This document shows positions 35,963 through 46,055 of a DNA stretch of 64,000 nucleotides, one piece after another. Positions within the stretch are counted from its first letter, which is position 1. Each line of letters opens with the position of its first letter. The notes beneath the pieces were generated by a model, which worked only from the letters and a program-made list of their open reading frames with translations, was not told the origin of the DNA and did no database searches. The translations under genes were made by a program, and so were the position numbers. The DNA comes from Epithemia pelagica (Eukaryota; Protista; Bacillariophyta): the NCBI GenBank assembly GCA_946965045.2, contig OX337230.1, positions 868,001 through 932,000 of the forward strand, written 5' to 3'.

Positions 35963-36487
35963 ATGTCTTCAATGATGCGAATGGTGACTCTTCTTCTTCT
36001 GCTGGCGGCTTCCGTGTCGGCCTTGGCTCCTCGCGCGACCTTTTCGGTGTTGGGCCGAACCAACGTTGGTTCGGTGGCCCCCGTGACAAGACCGCAAGGG
36101 AAGGCCTATTTGTTGGAGCGTGAGGTCCTGACTGCGGCCGCTCCGTCGACATTGGAACGTGGTCCGGCCGTCTTGGAACCTCCCCAAACGGAAACTCGTC
36201 GCAGTACGGAAACCGACGAGCCAGTCAAGGATCGAAAGGGCATGGGACACGAGGCCTGGGAAGTTCGAATCTACAACGATGGTTTGAATACCCGCGAACA
36301 TGTCGCTCGGTCGTTGGTGCAGGTCACGGGCATGTCGGAAATGAGTGCCTACCAAACCATGATGCAAGCACATCAAAATGGAATTGCCGTAGTGGGACGA
36401 TGGGTCTACGAAGTGGCGGAAATGTACCACGATGCCCTCCGTCAAAATGGTATTATTTGCGATATCGTGCCGGTGGAGGAGGAATAA
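35963..36487 (+). CDS. clpS: Plastid-targeted ClpS-like N-degron adaptor
   Basis: Signal peptide ending VSA-LAP (ASAFAP-like bipartite presequence); ClpS core WEVRIYNDGLNTREHVARSLVQVTGMS..AYQTMMQAHQNGIAVV. Confidence 0.85.
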   Translation: MSSMMRMVTLLLLLAASVSALAPRATFSVLGRTNVGSVAPVTRPQGKAYLLEREVLTAAAPSTLERGPAVLEPPQTETRRSTETDEPVKDRKGMGHEAWEVRIYNDGLNTREHVARSLVQVTGMSEMSAYQTMMQAHQNGIAVVGRWVYEVAEMYHDALRQNGIICDIVPVEEE

Positions 36488-36709
36488 ACGACCACAGCGT
36501 TTTATTCTCATGCTTCAGTTCGTGGAAACTGAGAAACACGTTGAAAACGCCAACACCATCGACTGATCCAAACAATCGAAACGATGTCGTTTCCATTTCA
36601 TTTCTATACATTTAGACTGCTTTCTCGTGGATGGGAAAGAGGGTAAACTTTACCAATTAGTGTACTGCTAGAACAACATTATCATTCCAGTATATCCCCT
36701 AGAGATTGT

Positions 36710-37837
36710 CTACTGGGGCAATAACGAGAGGAGGATTCGAACGAGGTGATTGCGACTCGTGGGGTGTTGAAAAATGTGATTGTCTTGAAGCATGGTCAAG
36801 GAACTACCGGAAAAGGAAGACGACGACGATTGCCAACGTTCTGGATGGGGACAAAAGCCGGCATCGTACGTTCCATGAACCACGTGAATGTTATTGGTAC
36901 CGATTGGTTCGGGTGGATTCACCACTCGCAGTGCCGCGTCTGTATGGTACGGTGCCCCCGAATACCGACACAGGGACGAAATCAAGGCCGTCGTGGGTGC
37001 CACCAACAAACAGGGAATGCATCCACTGTCGCTATTGGGAATGGCGGTAGGATGCTCTTGGTGTGCCTCAGAACTCGTCTGTGTGGATGGACGCGACGAC
37101 GACAACAACCCTTGAGCCGCCAGTTCGGCACCCACGGCACCTCCCCAACTAAAGCCCAGGACCAAGGATATGGGATACCGTTCCAAGAGGGTTTGACACA
37201 GACGGACATTGACTTGCAGGGACCGTCGCACGACGTGTGCGACGAGCAGGCGCCCTCCCAGGACTGCCACCAACAAGGACAGTCCGAGACTCGGCACAAG
37301 AGTAACGAGCGAGTTTCGGAACGGACCACAGGCCAGGTGCAGGGTCCACCCGACCAACAACGTGTACAGGGTCGCCCACACGGCAAAGTGGGGATTGAAA
37401 CACCAATGGGCCGTGACAGGAGGCATATCTAAGGCTGGTTCCAAAATGCAAACAACATCACGGCTGCCCAGACATGCCGGAGTGCTCATGGCTGTCGCAG
37501 TGGATGGTTCAGTTCGTCGATTCGTTTTGAAATGATGACGAATGGCATGTTTGAGATAGCCAAGTGGACCAGGAGACCATCCATTGAGAATTAACACATA
37601 GAACGTGGGTTCGTCATGCAAGGATGATGCTTCACCCGTGTGGTTTGGGAGGTGCTGTGGATGATTCCCCAGTAGTAGTGCTTCTCCAGTTAAGTTTTCA
37701 GCGTCTTGTGGTTGAATCAAGTTCTCTGTCGCGGATGTAGTGGTCCATGGAGTGGTTTCTGCAAGACTTGTGGGTCCATATGGTTGTTGCTGTTGAGGTG
37801 ATTGTTGTGGAACGATATGGCCACGGCGAGACGCCAT
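36710..37837 (-). CDS. Hypothetical membrane-associated alpha/beta-hydrolase-like protein
   Basis: GFSWGG nucleophile elbow, later HGTYD and DNH (possible Ser-Asp-His triad), with two hydrophobic segments before the elbow. ATG 37837. Confidence 0.6.
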   Translation of the reverse strand: MASRRGHIVPQQSPQQQQPYGPTSLAETTPWTTTSATENLIQPQDAENLTGEALLLGNHPQHLPNHTGEASSLHDEPTFYVLILNGWSPGPLGYLKHAIRHHFKTNRRTEPSTATAMSTPACLGSRDVVCILEPALDMPPVTAHWCFNPHFAVWATLYTLLVGWTLHLACGPFRNSLVTLVPSLGLSLLVAVLGGRLLVAHVVRRSLQVNVRLCQTLLERYPISLVLGFSWGGAVGAELAAQGLLSSSRPSTQTSSEAHQEHPTAIPNSDSGCIPCLLVAPTTALISSLCRYSGAPYHTDAALRVVNPPEPIGTNNIHVVHGTYDAGFCPHPERWQSSSSSFSGSSLTMLQDNHIFQHPTSRNHLVRILLSLLPQ

Positions 37838-37889
37838 GGTTTGGATTTCATTTCTGTTGGAAGCAGATTTTACTTTTGGATATTTCAAA

Positions 37890-38044
37890 CATTTAAATTA
37901 AACTTTGAACATCACTTTTAAAAACTTTCGTGACACATCATCTCGTACCTAGGCAAATTGCCAATCGAAAGGAAGAAGAAACATAGGAGTAAATTAAAAT
38001 CCAACAAAAAACAAATCTTGTATTTCCGATAGGATCCCATGTCC
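37890..38044 (+). repeat. Degenerate direct copy of the 39367-39539 segment (cyclophilin promoter through ATG-TCC)
   Basis: Shared blocks, in the same order: catttaaattaaactttgaac, ttttaaaaactt(t/g)cgtgacacat, aattgccaat, gaagaaaca, ttgtatttccga, ccatgtcc. Confidence 0.85.
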
Positions 38045-38264
38045 GGTGAACAAGTAAATTCCGACTCTTTCTACGCCACCAGCTTGTCTGATTCTAGTAA
38101 ACCCTTTCCTTCTGTAGTAATTTACATTTTGGAGCTGTTCAATGAAGCTTTATAGGTTGTTTGAGGGGGGTTGGAGTCTCAATGCAGATCACTCGATTCA
38201 TGCTTCGTTAGACCTCCTTCAATTTTGTGAATAATGGCAAAAAGGTGGCATTGCAACCGAATCT

Positions 38265-39173
38265 TCATGTTGGTTTCACAATGAACCACGAAGGATTTCT
38301 AGTATTGGTGATGACAAGATCATAATCCATGCCATCCTTTGCCAGACTTTCACGCGAGAAATTTTCTTTTGTCTGATGCAGCCGAAGTCTTTGGTTATTG
38401 ACTTCCATCATCCATTCTTGTACTGCCTTCACAACTCCATTCTGATTGGCCACCCGAGTGCCTTTCGGCTTTCCGTGAGCAACGCCAAACTCGGTATATT
38501 CGATACACTTGGGAACGGCGTTACAACCCATACACGGCAAATTTTTCTCTCCATAGTTGCAGTAATCATGTCCCGCCAATACTCCACCCTTTTTGACCTT
38601 CTTCCAGAAGAGAGGAATCTCCTTCTTCACTCCGTTATAGCTGTGATCTCCGTCGAGATAAATGAAATCATACGATTCGTCTGGCAGTTGATCCAGCAAG
38701 GAATTATCGAGCGACATCTTTGTATGAAAGACATGTTTGACACCCTGTAACAGCCCCTCCTTGCTCCAAGTTCCCTCTCCAGTCGTTGGAGAGTAACGTC
38801 TCTTAAGGTTCTCGTTAGGGAATGGCTCGACCATTGTCCATTCAAAATTCGAAATGGATTTGAGATCCTTGAGAAAATGTTCCGAGAATCTTCCATCTGC
38901 CACTCCAACCTCAATGCCTCTGCGGAAGCCGCCATCTCGAAATAGTCGCGTAAAGTACGCTCGATTCGGGTTGGCTTCCATGTGGGTAACTATTTGCGCT
39001 TCGGACCACACGCTTGGAGCGTTTGTACCGTTTTGCGATTCTGGGTTTGTCCGAAATTTCCATTGATGATGTACTTCTGGCACATTTGCAAGTACGCCAT
39101 AGATGATGATACAAAACAAAATGTTCCTTGGTGACACACCGCACCATCGTGAACTGGTTTGGTTCAAGCTCAT
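38265..39173 (-). CDS. Class I SAM-dependent methyltransferase (Methyltransf_24-like) with N-terminal signal anchor
   Basis: GIEVGVADG (motif I) and DFIYLDGDHSYNGVKKEIPLFWKKVKKGGVLAGHDY; hydrophobic ILFCIIIYGVLA near the N-terminus. Confidence 0.85.
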   Translation of the reverse strand: MSLNQTSSRWCGVSPRNILFCIIIYGVLANVPEVHHQWKFRTNPESQNGTNAPSVWSEAQIVTHMEANPNRAYFTRLFRDGGFRRGIEVGVADGRFSEHFLKDLKSISNFEWTMVEPFPNENLKRRYSPTTGEGTWSKEGLLQGVKHVFHTKMSLDNSLLDQLPDESYDFIYLDGDHSYNGVKKEIPLFWKKVKKGGVLAGHDYCNYGEKNLPCMGCNAVPKCIEYTEFGVAHGKPKGTRVANQNGVVKAVQEWMMEVNNQRLRLHQTKENFSRESLAKDGMDYDLVITNTRNPSWFIVKPT

Positions 39174-39533
39174 TCTGGTGAGTACACGCAATGAACGAAT
39201 CTGGACTATTCAAATCAATTGTTCATCAATCGTCACTGTGGATTGTGGAGGGCACAAAGACAAAGAGGTCAACAGGAACAATGCGATTTGCGATTCGAAC
39301 TTCGACCAACTCCATTTTTGCTGACGTCACTATAGAGATCAAAGTAGAAACATTAATCATCCTTCTCATTTAAATTAAACTTTGAACTTTGAACATCAAT
39401 TTTAAAAACTTGCGTGACACATGTCGTCATCGGCCTCTCATCATTTCACTCTTCACTCCTCTTCTCGGCCAATTGCCAATATCCAAAAAGAGGAGAAGAA
39501 ACAAACATATCTTTTGTATTTCCGAGAGATACC

Positions 39534-40934
39534 ATGTCCTCTTCGCAACAACATCCACCATCCATTACGGCGGAGAATGCCTCGTATTGTTATTTGGATG
39601 TGGATGTGAACCATCATCGATCTCATTTGGCCTTAATGGCGGCCTTTGTGCATGCGACCGATACCCGCTACGGATTTTCCAGTCCCGACTTGCGAGCCTT
39701 GGGAGGATCGGAATGGTCTCGTGTTGGACAAGCCTTGGCGACGGATTTTGAATGGAAGGACAAGGCCCTTGATGAAGCAGCCAAAGCGGGTAGCACGAAT
39801 GTGGCCAGTGTCGTTGTCAAGGCACCCACGACATGCTCCGGAACACGGATTGTCCTTCAATTGGATTGGGAAACAGCACCCTTGGCGTGTGAAAATTTTG
39901 CCACATTGTGTTCCAATGGTGGCGGAGATCGAAGTTTTGAGCAACCACCAGCTGGATCCAACACTAATAGCAGCAACAAGATCAAACTATCCACTCCGCC
40001 TCCGGCTCCCATTGGCGAATCGGGCAAACCCTTGACCTATCGGGGATCCGTCATTCATCGTGTCGTGCCAGGCTTTGTGATACAGGGAGGAGACTTTGTC
40101 TTTGGCAATGGGAGTGGAGGTGAATGTGTCTTTGATAAGAAAAAGACGTTCAAGGATGAACGAGCCGGTTTGCTGAAAAAGCACAATCAACGAGGACTCT
40201 TGTCCATGGGCAACAGTGGCAAAAATTCCAATACCAGTCAATTCTTTATCACGCTCGGCCAAACCTTGCCACAATGCGATGGCAAGCATGTCATTTTTGG
40301 CAAGGTTGTGTCCGGACATGACATTGTCGACGCCATTGAAGCCTTGTATACCAACAACAAGGAGGGAGGAACGGATGCATCCTCCTCCACTACTACTTCT
40401 TTGGTGATTAGCGACTGTGGCATTTGGACGCCGTTGCACACTCCGGCCGCAGGCTACTGGTACGATCAACCCGATCCCGAGTCCTACAGTGGGAGCACGC
40501 CGCTGTTTGTGGTTCGTCCTCGAGTGACCATTGTGGCACCCACCCGGACCGTCGTGCAAAAATTTCAACACGTCTTGTCCGGTACAACCACCGTCGTGGC
40601 CACCCTGGTCACCCATCAGGACGAATCCGACAACGACGATGACGACGGCGCATCATCCTTGTCGTCGTCGATTGGCAGACGATTGCAAACCTTGTTGCAA
40701 GACTTTGGCACGGATGTCATTGTCGTGGCACCCGCCAGCAAGGCCGTGGTACTACAAGAATTGACGACCTTGCCCGACTCGTGGACGCAACATCAACCCA
40801 CCATTACCTTGGATCAAGTCTTGCTCGAAGCCAAACCGGTCGAGGCATTGGACGTTGTTCGGAAACAATCCTGGTTTACCCACAAAAACACCAATCCTGT
40901 CGCATGGTCTCACATGGATGGAGTTGTTCCATAA
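39534..40934 (+). CDS. Cyclophilin-type peptidyl-prolyl isomerase with insertions and an unassigned C-terminal domain
   Basis: CYLDV, APLACENFATLC, YRGSVIHRVVPGFVIQGGDF, FKDE, GLLSMGNSGKNSNTSQFFITL, DGKHVIFGKVVSG. Confidence 0.9.
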   Translation: MSSSQQHPPSITAENASYCYLDVDVNHHRSHLALMAAFVHATDTRYGFSSPDLRALGGSEWSRVGQALATDFEWKDKALDEAAKAGSTNVASVVVKAPTTCSGTRIVLQLDWETAPLACENFATLCSNGGGDRSFEQPPAGSNTNSSNKIKLSTPPPAPIGESGKPLTYRGSVIHRVVPGFVIQGGDFVFGNGSGGECVFDKKKTFKDERAGLLKKHNQRGLLSMGNSGKNSNTSQFFITLGQTLPQCDGKHVIFGKVVSGHDIVDAIEALYTNNKEGGTDASSSTTTSLVISDCGIWTPLHTPAAGYWYDQPDPESYSGSTPLFVVRPRVTIVAPTRTVVQKFQHVLSGTTTVVATLVTHQDESDNDDDDGASSLSSSIGRRLQTLLQDFGTDVIVVAPASKAVVLQELTTLPDSWTQHQPTITLDQVLLEAKPVEALDVVRKQSWFTHKNTNPVAWSHMDGVVP

Positions 40935-41148
40935 AAACACCTTTGTTGGACTGGAACAACAAGTCTCGTGTTTGCCTACCTACGTACCACACCTACAGCT
41001 ATACTTCGTGGTTCGAGAAAACGAAGAAATGATTACATGCTAGGAGTACTGAATAAAAAGTTTGCACGTAATGGCACCTCCATGAGGAGTGGCATAACCA
41101 ATCTCTCATCCACGGTGGTTCCTCTATCACTCGGTGAATGCTCGGTCG

Positions 41149-42737
41149 CTACGAGCCTTGTACGTCAATCAGATCTTCGTCTTCCATGTCTGTGATCAAT
41201 CCACCAGGAAACGCCGAATAATTTCAACAACAACAAGAAGAAGAAACAACGCTGGCGTGAGACACGGACACGCGTCACCCAACCCTTTTGTCTCTGTACA
41301 CGTACCATAGTGTTTGGGAGTCTGGTCCAACCGCAAGCGTTGTCCATCAAATTCCAAGTGAATCGACGTGTTGCTCATACCGACTGTTTGTCGGACCGTG
41401 TCCAGCAAGTGCGTCAAGGGTTGATTCAATCCATGTTGGACCGTGTGTTTGGCCCCCGAAGAGACTAGTCGAACGACCAAGGCCATGGGTTTGCCCCATT
41501 GGTTGTTGTTGTTGTTGCTGTTGGCCGATGGTTGAGAGGAAGATTGCGAGGATTGTTGACTCCAACTCTGGGACAAGATGAATTTGGCTTGAATCTGGGC
41601 ATTGGGGCCAGGAATTTGGTACCAATTCAAGGTTCGTGTCGGTTGCAAGGTTTGGCTTCCATATTTAAAGGTGGCCAGTATCGTCTTTGGCGGTTTGGTC
41701 GTTGGCTTTTTGGGCGGTTGCACCAAATTCAAGGCTTGTACCAATCGTTGGTTCAGAATGGCAAAGGTCTCATCGCCCCGCATCGCCGCACGAACGGTAA
41801 CGGTGCGTGGTCCTTGACTGCCATCCACGACATGGAGTTCTGTGGCCACCTGGAGTTGAACGACGCGAAAGGGATCCTGGTGGGAGGACGACGACGTGAC
41901 GTGTCCTTGTGCCAAGAATTGTTGATGCAAGGCTCGAGCTTCGACATCTTCGGCATGATAGGCCTGCGCTTGTTGCAATTGCCGGTGGGCTTCCCGTGCC
42001 TTGGCCAGCTCTACCAAGGCCGACGGATCCATACCAGCGGCTGCGACGAGTTCATGGGGTGGTACATTGGACTTGCCTTGTTCCTCGTCGTCCGAGGAAA
42101 GACCGTAGTCGTCATCATCGTCAATAATCTCCAAGGGTTTGGGTAGACGGTCCGTCAGTGGAGAGTCTGTCAAATCAATCGAGACTTGCTTGGCCTGTGT
42201 CGCTGGTGGCGGCTTGGTGGACGACGGTTGGGTAGCTTTGATTTGTTCCATAGATCGTGTCACTCTCTTTGTTGTAGTTGTTGTCGATTTGTTGTGGGTA
42301 TTGTTTTTATTTTCCTTGTCTCGACGAACAAAGTTCTTCAAGTCCCCCAGATCCATGTCTTCGTCGTCGTCGTCATCGCTATCATTCTTATTCTGTTCCG
42401 CCTGCAACGCCTGGCGTCGTTGTTGGGCTTCCATCCGTTTGTTGTCATTGAGAATGGCTTGATGTTCCAATTGCGCCATGCGACAGTCCAAATTGGTGGC
42501 GGCCTTGCGACCTCGTTTCCGCGACGAGGCATGCACCAAAACCTGGACATCGTCCTCATCGTCATCGTCGTCGTCATTATTACAGGCAGTTGGATGGACG
42601 GATTGGGGCGTGGCCTGCAATCGTCGTTTCAGAGCACTTTGCGAAGAACACGTCTTGCTCGCTTGAGCCATTAAATTTCCAATATCGGAATCGTCCGAGT
42701 CACACGAAGACGCATCGTCCTCGTCCAGCGTTGTCAT
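41149..42737 (-). CDS. Rad60/Esc2/NIP45-like protein with C-terminal SUMO-like domains; intron 41190-41305
   Basis: Splicing gives FDGQRLRLDQTPKHY-DMEDEDLIDV, the Rad60 SLD2 signature. The acidic disordered N-terminus has SIM-like DDVQVLV, VSIDLTD and LEIIDDDD. Confidence 0.75.
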
Positions 42738-43090
42738 TCTGCTCTGGTCGGTTGGTCGGGTTCTAGAGACAACTTTGCACGCAACTGTTTTGCTTCCTTG
42801 TCTGGATCCAAGTCTCTTAAAGTCTCTTGTGTCCGAACACGCTGCAAGATACAGACACCTCAAGACCTCATGTAGATATTGCAGTTCTCAAATGAAACAA
42901 GTGCTCGTTCGTTTGCGGTTCGTTTCAGTCCACGACAACAACATCAAACCATTCCTCCGTCCGGCGGGGCGCGATAGGGATTCGCGCCATTATTGCTGGT
43001 GCACATCTATGGCACGCGCTCGGACGAAGATTCGAATATCTAGGGCATCGCGCCGGGGGATGCACCGTATTTCTTCACCACTTTTTCTCG

Positions 43091-43414
43091 ATGGCATCGT
43101 TGTCAACAAACGTCATCCAGACGAAATCCACAAGAAACAAGAACAGAAGGAGAGGAGGAGGAGACGTGGATGGACGACTGGTTTGCCCTATACAGGATTC
43201 TGGGACATTCAGAAGAGAGACGGTAGTTCTCGACTTGCCAATTACAATGGAAAACTTACGAGCTTGCCAAGTGGATGGACCACCGATTCTGACACAATCA
43301 CAAGTTCTCGACATGCCAATTGCAAAGGAAACTTGGGAGCTTGCCAAATCTGGCGCGCTCACAACTCCAATCAAGAAACAAGAAGCCTTATTATACTCTT
43401 ACGGACTGTGGTAA
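43091..43414 (+). CDS. Possible short or decayed gene of unknown function
   Basis: 107-aa ATG-initiated ORF with protein-like composition, divergent from the Rad60-like gene. A downstream stop-interrupted frame (MARPLLSGG..HV*VQGFGGRYSDKRNPAMVVAIG) also looks coding. No recognised motif. Confidence 0.25.
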   Translation: MASLSTNVIQTKSTRNKNRRRGGGDVDGRLVCPIQDSGTFRRETVVLDLPITMENLRACQVDGPPILTQSQVLDMPIAKETWELAKSGALTTPIKKQEALLYSYGLW

Positions 43415-43686
43415 CTTTCATGGCTCGCCCTCTTCTCTCTGGTGGAGTAGAGGGAAACTCCACAAACCAAAAGGACGACGATGAAAACTACTTGGAAGGT
43501 GGAGGACCACACGTATAGGTCCAAGGATTCGGCGGTCGCTACAGTGACAAGAGGAACCCAGCTATGGTCGTGGCTATTGGTGTATACTATGTCTCCCACC
43601 CATTACGTGTCTGAAACACCATGATGACTTTCGAGAATGGTTCATTTGTTCTTGTTGTTGTTGAGGACTACCTAGTACTGGTTTTA

Positions 43687-44343
43687 CTACTCACACATTC
43701 CGGCCAAACATTGGCACAAACACCAACACAGTCCACCAAGTGCTGTGCAACAGCATTCCCCCATGCTTTCACAACAGGATTCGTCACACGCCAGACAACA
43801 TGCCATGGTCGTCCAACAACAACATTCGTCCATGCAGTGTTTGGGAGTGGCAGAATTTGTCGTCGTGCCCTTATTGGTGTGGTTTTGATTTCCCGTGCTG
43901 GTGGCCAGCACAATGCCGGCCGTGGCGGCCGTACCAACTGCAACTGCAGCTGCTACCTTTTGTTGTTCCCCACCACCTCGATTCATTTTTGTTGTGAGAG
44001 AGGGAGCTACAGGTAGTCTCGTGGTGGTGAGGCTGTCTTCCATAGTGTCGGGTGGCGAGGAGGATTGGGGCAGTGGCAATTGAATGGCATTTGAAATCAC
44101 TGGATCATTACGATTATTCTGGTCGGTGGTGGTGGTCGTGATTGTCTCGTCTTCGTGAGCGACTACGGGAATGCCCCGAGCTTGGAACAGTGATGGTTCC
44201 GTGCTTCCGAGTGGAGACAGGGGTGTGGCTGGTACCAATACGGGTGGACGGCTGTCCATCGACGCCTCCTCGTCTTGTGGTTCCACAGCAGTCTCTGGCG
44301 GCTGTTTGGGTAACACAATAGTAGTACCATGTGGGATCGTCAT
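43687..44343 (-). CDS. Cys-rich-tail (CYSTM-like) small protein, paralog B (218 aa)
   Basis: Pro/Thr-rich N-part, AATAGIV, then CMDECCCWTTMACCLACDESCCESMGECCCTALGGLCWCLCQCLAGMCE. The probable start MTIP parallels MTII of paralog A. Confidence 0.6.
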   Translation of the reverse strand: MTIPHGTTIVLPKQPPETAVEPQDEEASMDSRPPVLVPATPLSPLGSTEPSLFQARGIPVVAHEDETITTTTTDQNNRNDPVISNAIQLPLPQSSSPPDTMEDSLTTTRLPVAPSLTTKMNRGGGEQQKVAAAVAVGTAATAGIVLATSTGNQNHTNKGTTTNSATPKHCMDECCCWTTMACCLACDESCCESMGECCCTALGGLCWCLCQCLAGMCE

Positions 44344-45006
44344 GGTGGTCTCTCGGTCTCTGCACGTGTTGTTCCCTCTCCACGACCAAATGTTGTGTGT
44401 CTGTGGATGCCATGATCCATGGAGAATCACAGCACCTCTATTATTCGATTGGCACGATTCCAACTGAATCTTGCTCCTTGTCAGTCGCACAGCGCGAGAC
44501 GAGACGTGCATCCGAGGCGGGACTAGACTACCAAATCTACCTTCTGGAAATCTAGGAGTATGTGCTTTTTCGTCTCGCGACGCACCAAAAAGCACCGCTG
44601 ATGCTGAACGTTGATGGTATAGGTGGTGGTTGTTCATGATTCTGGAGAATGGCACCATGCAACGTCTTGAACCAGCGGCATCCATCAAGTCGATTTCGAA
44701 ACTACGCGGCCTACCACAAGAAACGACGGAAGATATCGCAAAAGACTTTTGGATTCTGCAAGAGAAAAAAGCGGTTAACGGAAACTCAAACATGGGTGGT
44801 AACAACCAAAAGGATTGTATCATCCACACCAAGAGCTCGAGACACAAAAGGGCGGGTGGCAATAGCATGATTCGTTCGAAACAAAGAATACCACAATCCG
44901 TTACCCGAAAACATCCAATCATTATACTAATACTACATACAAACCAGAACCAACAACCAAACTTGCATCTTGCTGTTGAGTGGAATGGATACTCCCATGA
45001 AACGAT

Positions 45007-45696
45007 TCATCCCACAGCGGCCAAGCATTCGCAACAACAACACAGAACGACACCCACTGCATGAAACAGGCATTGTCCACATTCCGCCACACCCGCACAA
45101 CAGGCCACCGTACTACAGGCATCGTTGCAGCAGGTCGACGACGCCGACGACTGGACCCGTGGATGTGACGGTGGTGGGACCGCCACCGCTGCAACCAATC
45201 CGGCCGTTGCGGCACCTCCGGCTGCCATTCCAACAACTCCAGCTCCACGATGCGGCATGACCATGGGACGAGTGGGTGTCACAATTTGGTCTGGTTCTTT
45301 GGATGCATCGACAGAGATTTCAGATAAACGGGCTGTTTCTTGCAGAGAACCATCCCCAATTATGGCATTGTCGGCTGAACTCGGATTTGTCTGGAACATG
45401 GTGCTGGTGGTGGGTGCTGGTGGTTCGACTGGAATGACCTGCGCTTCTGGAATGGGGCAAGTCGTAGTAGTAGTAGTAGTACTATCAGGCATCTCCTCGC
45501 GGTGTGCTTCCATGGTTCCGAGTGGTACGACGACGGGGGTTGCAGTGGCCCACACATTGGTGGTGGTGAATAACAAGGGGTCGTTGTCGGTGTTGTTGTC
45601 CACTGGAGGAGTCGTCGTCGATTCGGTGGTGCTCCATTCTTCCCTCAATTCATGGTTCGATGACGATCCAAAAGTATTTGTCTCGATAATTGTCAT
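45007..45696 (-). CDS. Cys-rich-tail (CYSTM-like) small protein, paralog A (229 aa)
   Basis: Thr/Pro-rich N-part, AATAGLV, then CCNDACSTVACCAGVAECGQCLFHAVGVVLCCCCECLAAVG. Confidence 0.65.
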   Translation of the reverse strand: MTIIETNTFGSSSNHELREEWSTTESTTTPPVDNNTDNDPLLFTTTNVWATATPVVVPLGTMEAHREEMPDSTTTTTTTCPIPEAQVIPVEPPAPTTSTMFQTNPSSADNAIIGDGSLQETARLSEISVDASKEPDQIVTPTRPMVMPHRGAGVVGMAAGGAATAGLVAAVAVPPPSHPRVQSSASSTCCNDACSTVACCAGVAECGQCLFHAVGVVLCCCCECLAAVG

Positions 45697-45915
45697 GGCG
45701 TGTTGTTGTGGTGGTAGTCGTTCGCCTTGTCCTTGTGTGTGGTCACTGTTAAAGGCTCTATAAACGGCTTTGACCAGGCTGCGGATAAGACCCCCAGAAA
45801 GGACCGAAGTGCGATCTTCATTAGCTATGTAGTCGCGTTTCGCATGGGTTCCATTTCCGCCGCCGTGGGATCATTTTGGTATCTTTCTGTTCGGACTTTG
45901 GAGTTATCGTTGGTG

Positions 45916-45917
<2 letters not shown>

Positions 45918-45996
<79 letters not shown>
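45918..45996. repeat. (TC)n microsatellite, ~39 units, inside a probable intron (45913-46013)
   Basis: Perfect TC run preceded by donor gtgagt (45913) and followed by ..ctcttcag|cag (46013/46016). Confidence 0.95.
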
Positions 45997-45999
<3 letters not shown>

Positions 46000-46055
46000 C
46001 TCCCTCTCTTCAGCAGCGTTCGAATCCTAACTGGTTTGAGCAAGTCATAGTCACC

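Noticed and set aside
42775-43518. 247-aa plus-strand ORF
   Set aside because: Non-ATG start, overlaps the Rad60-like promoter, composition not convincingly coding.
44344-44922. N-terminal 193 aa of ORF 43687..44922
   Set aside because: Spans the intergenic region containing TAGGAGTA; paralog comparison supports a start at 44343. Kept only as an unproven extension.
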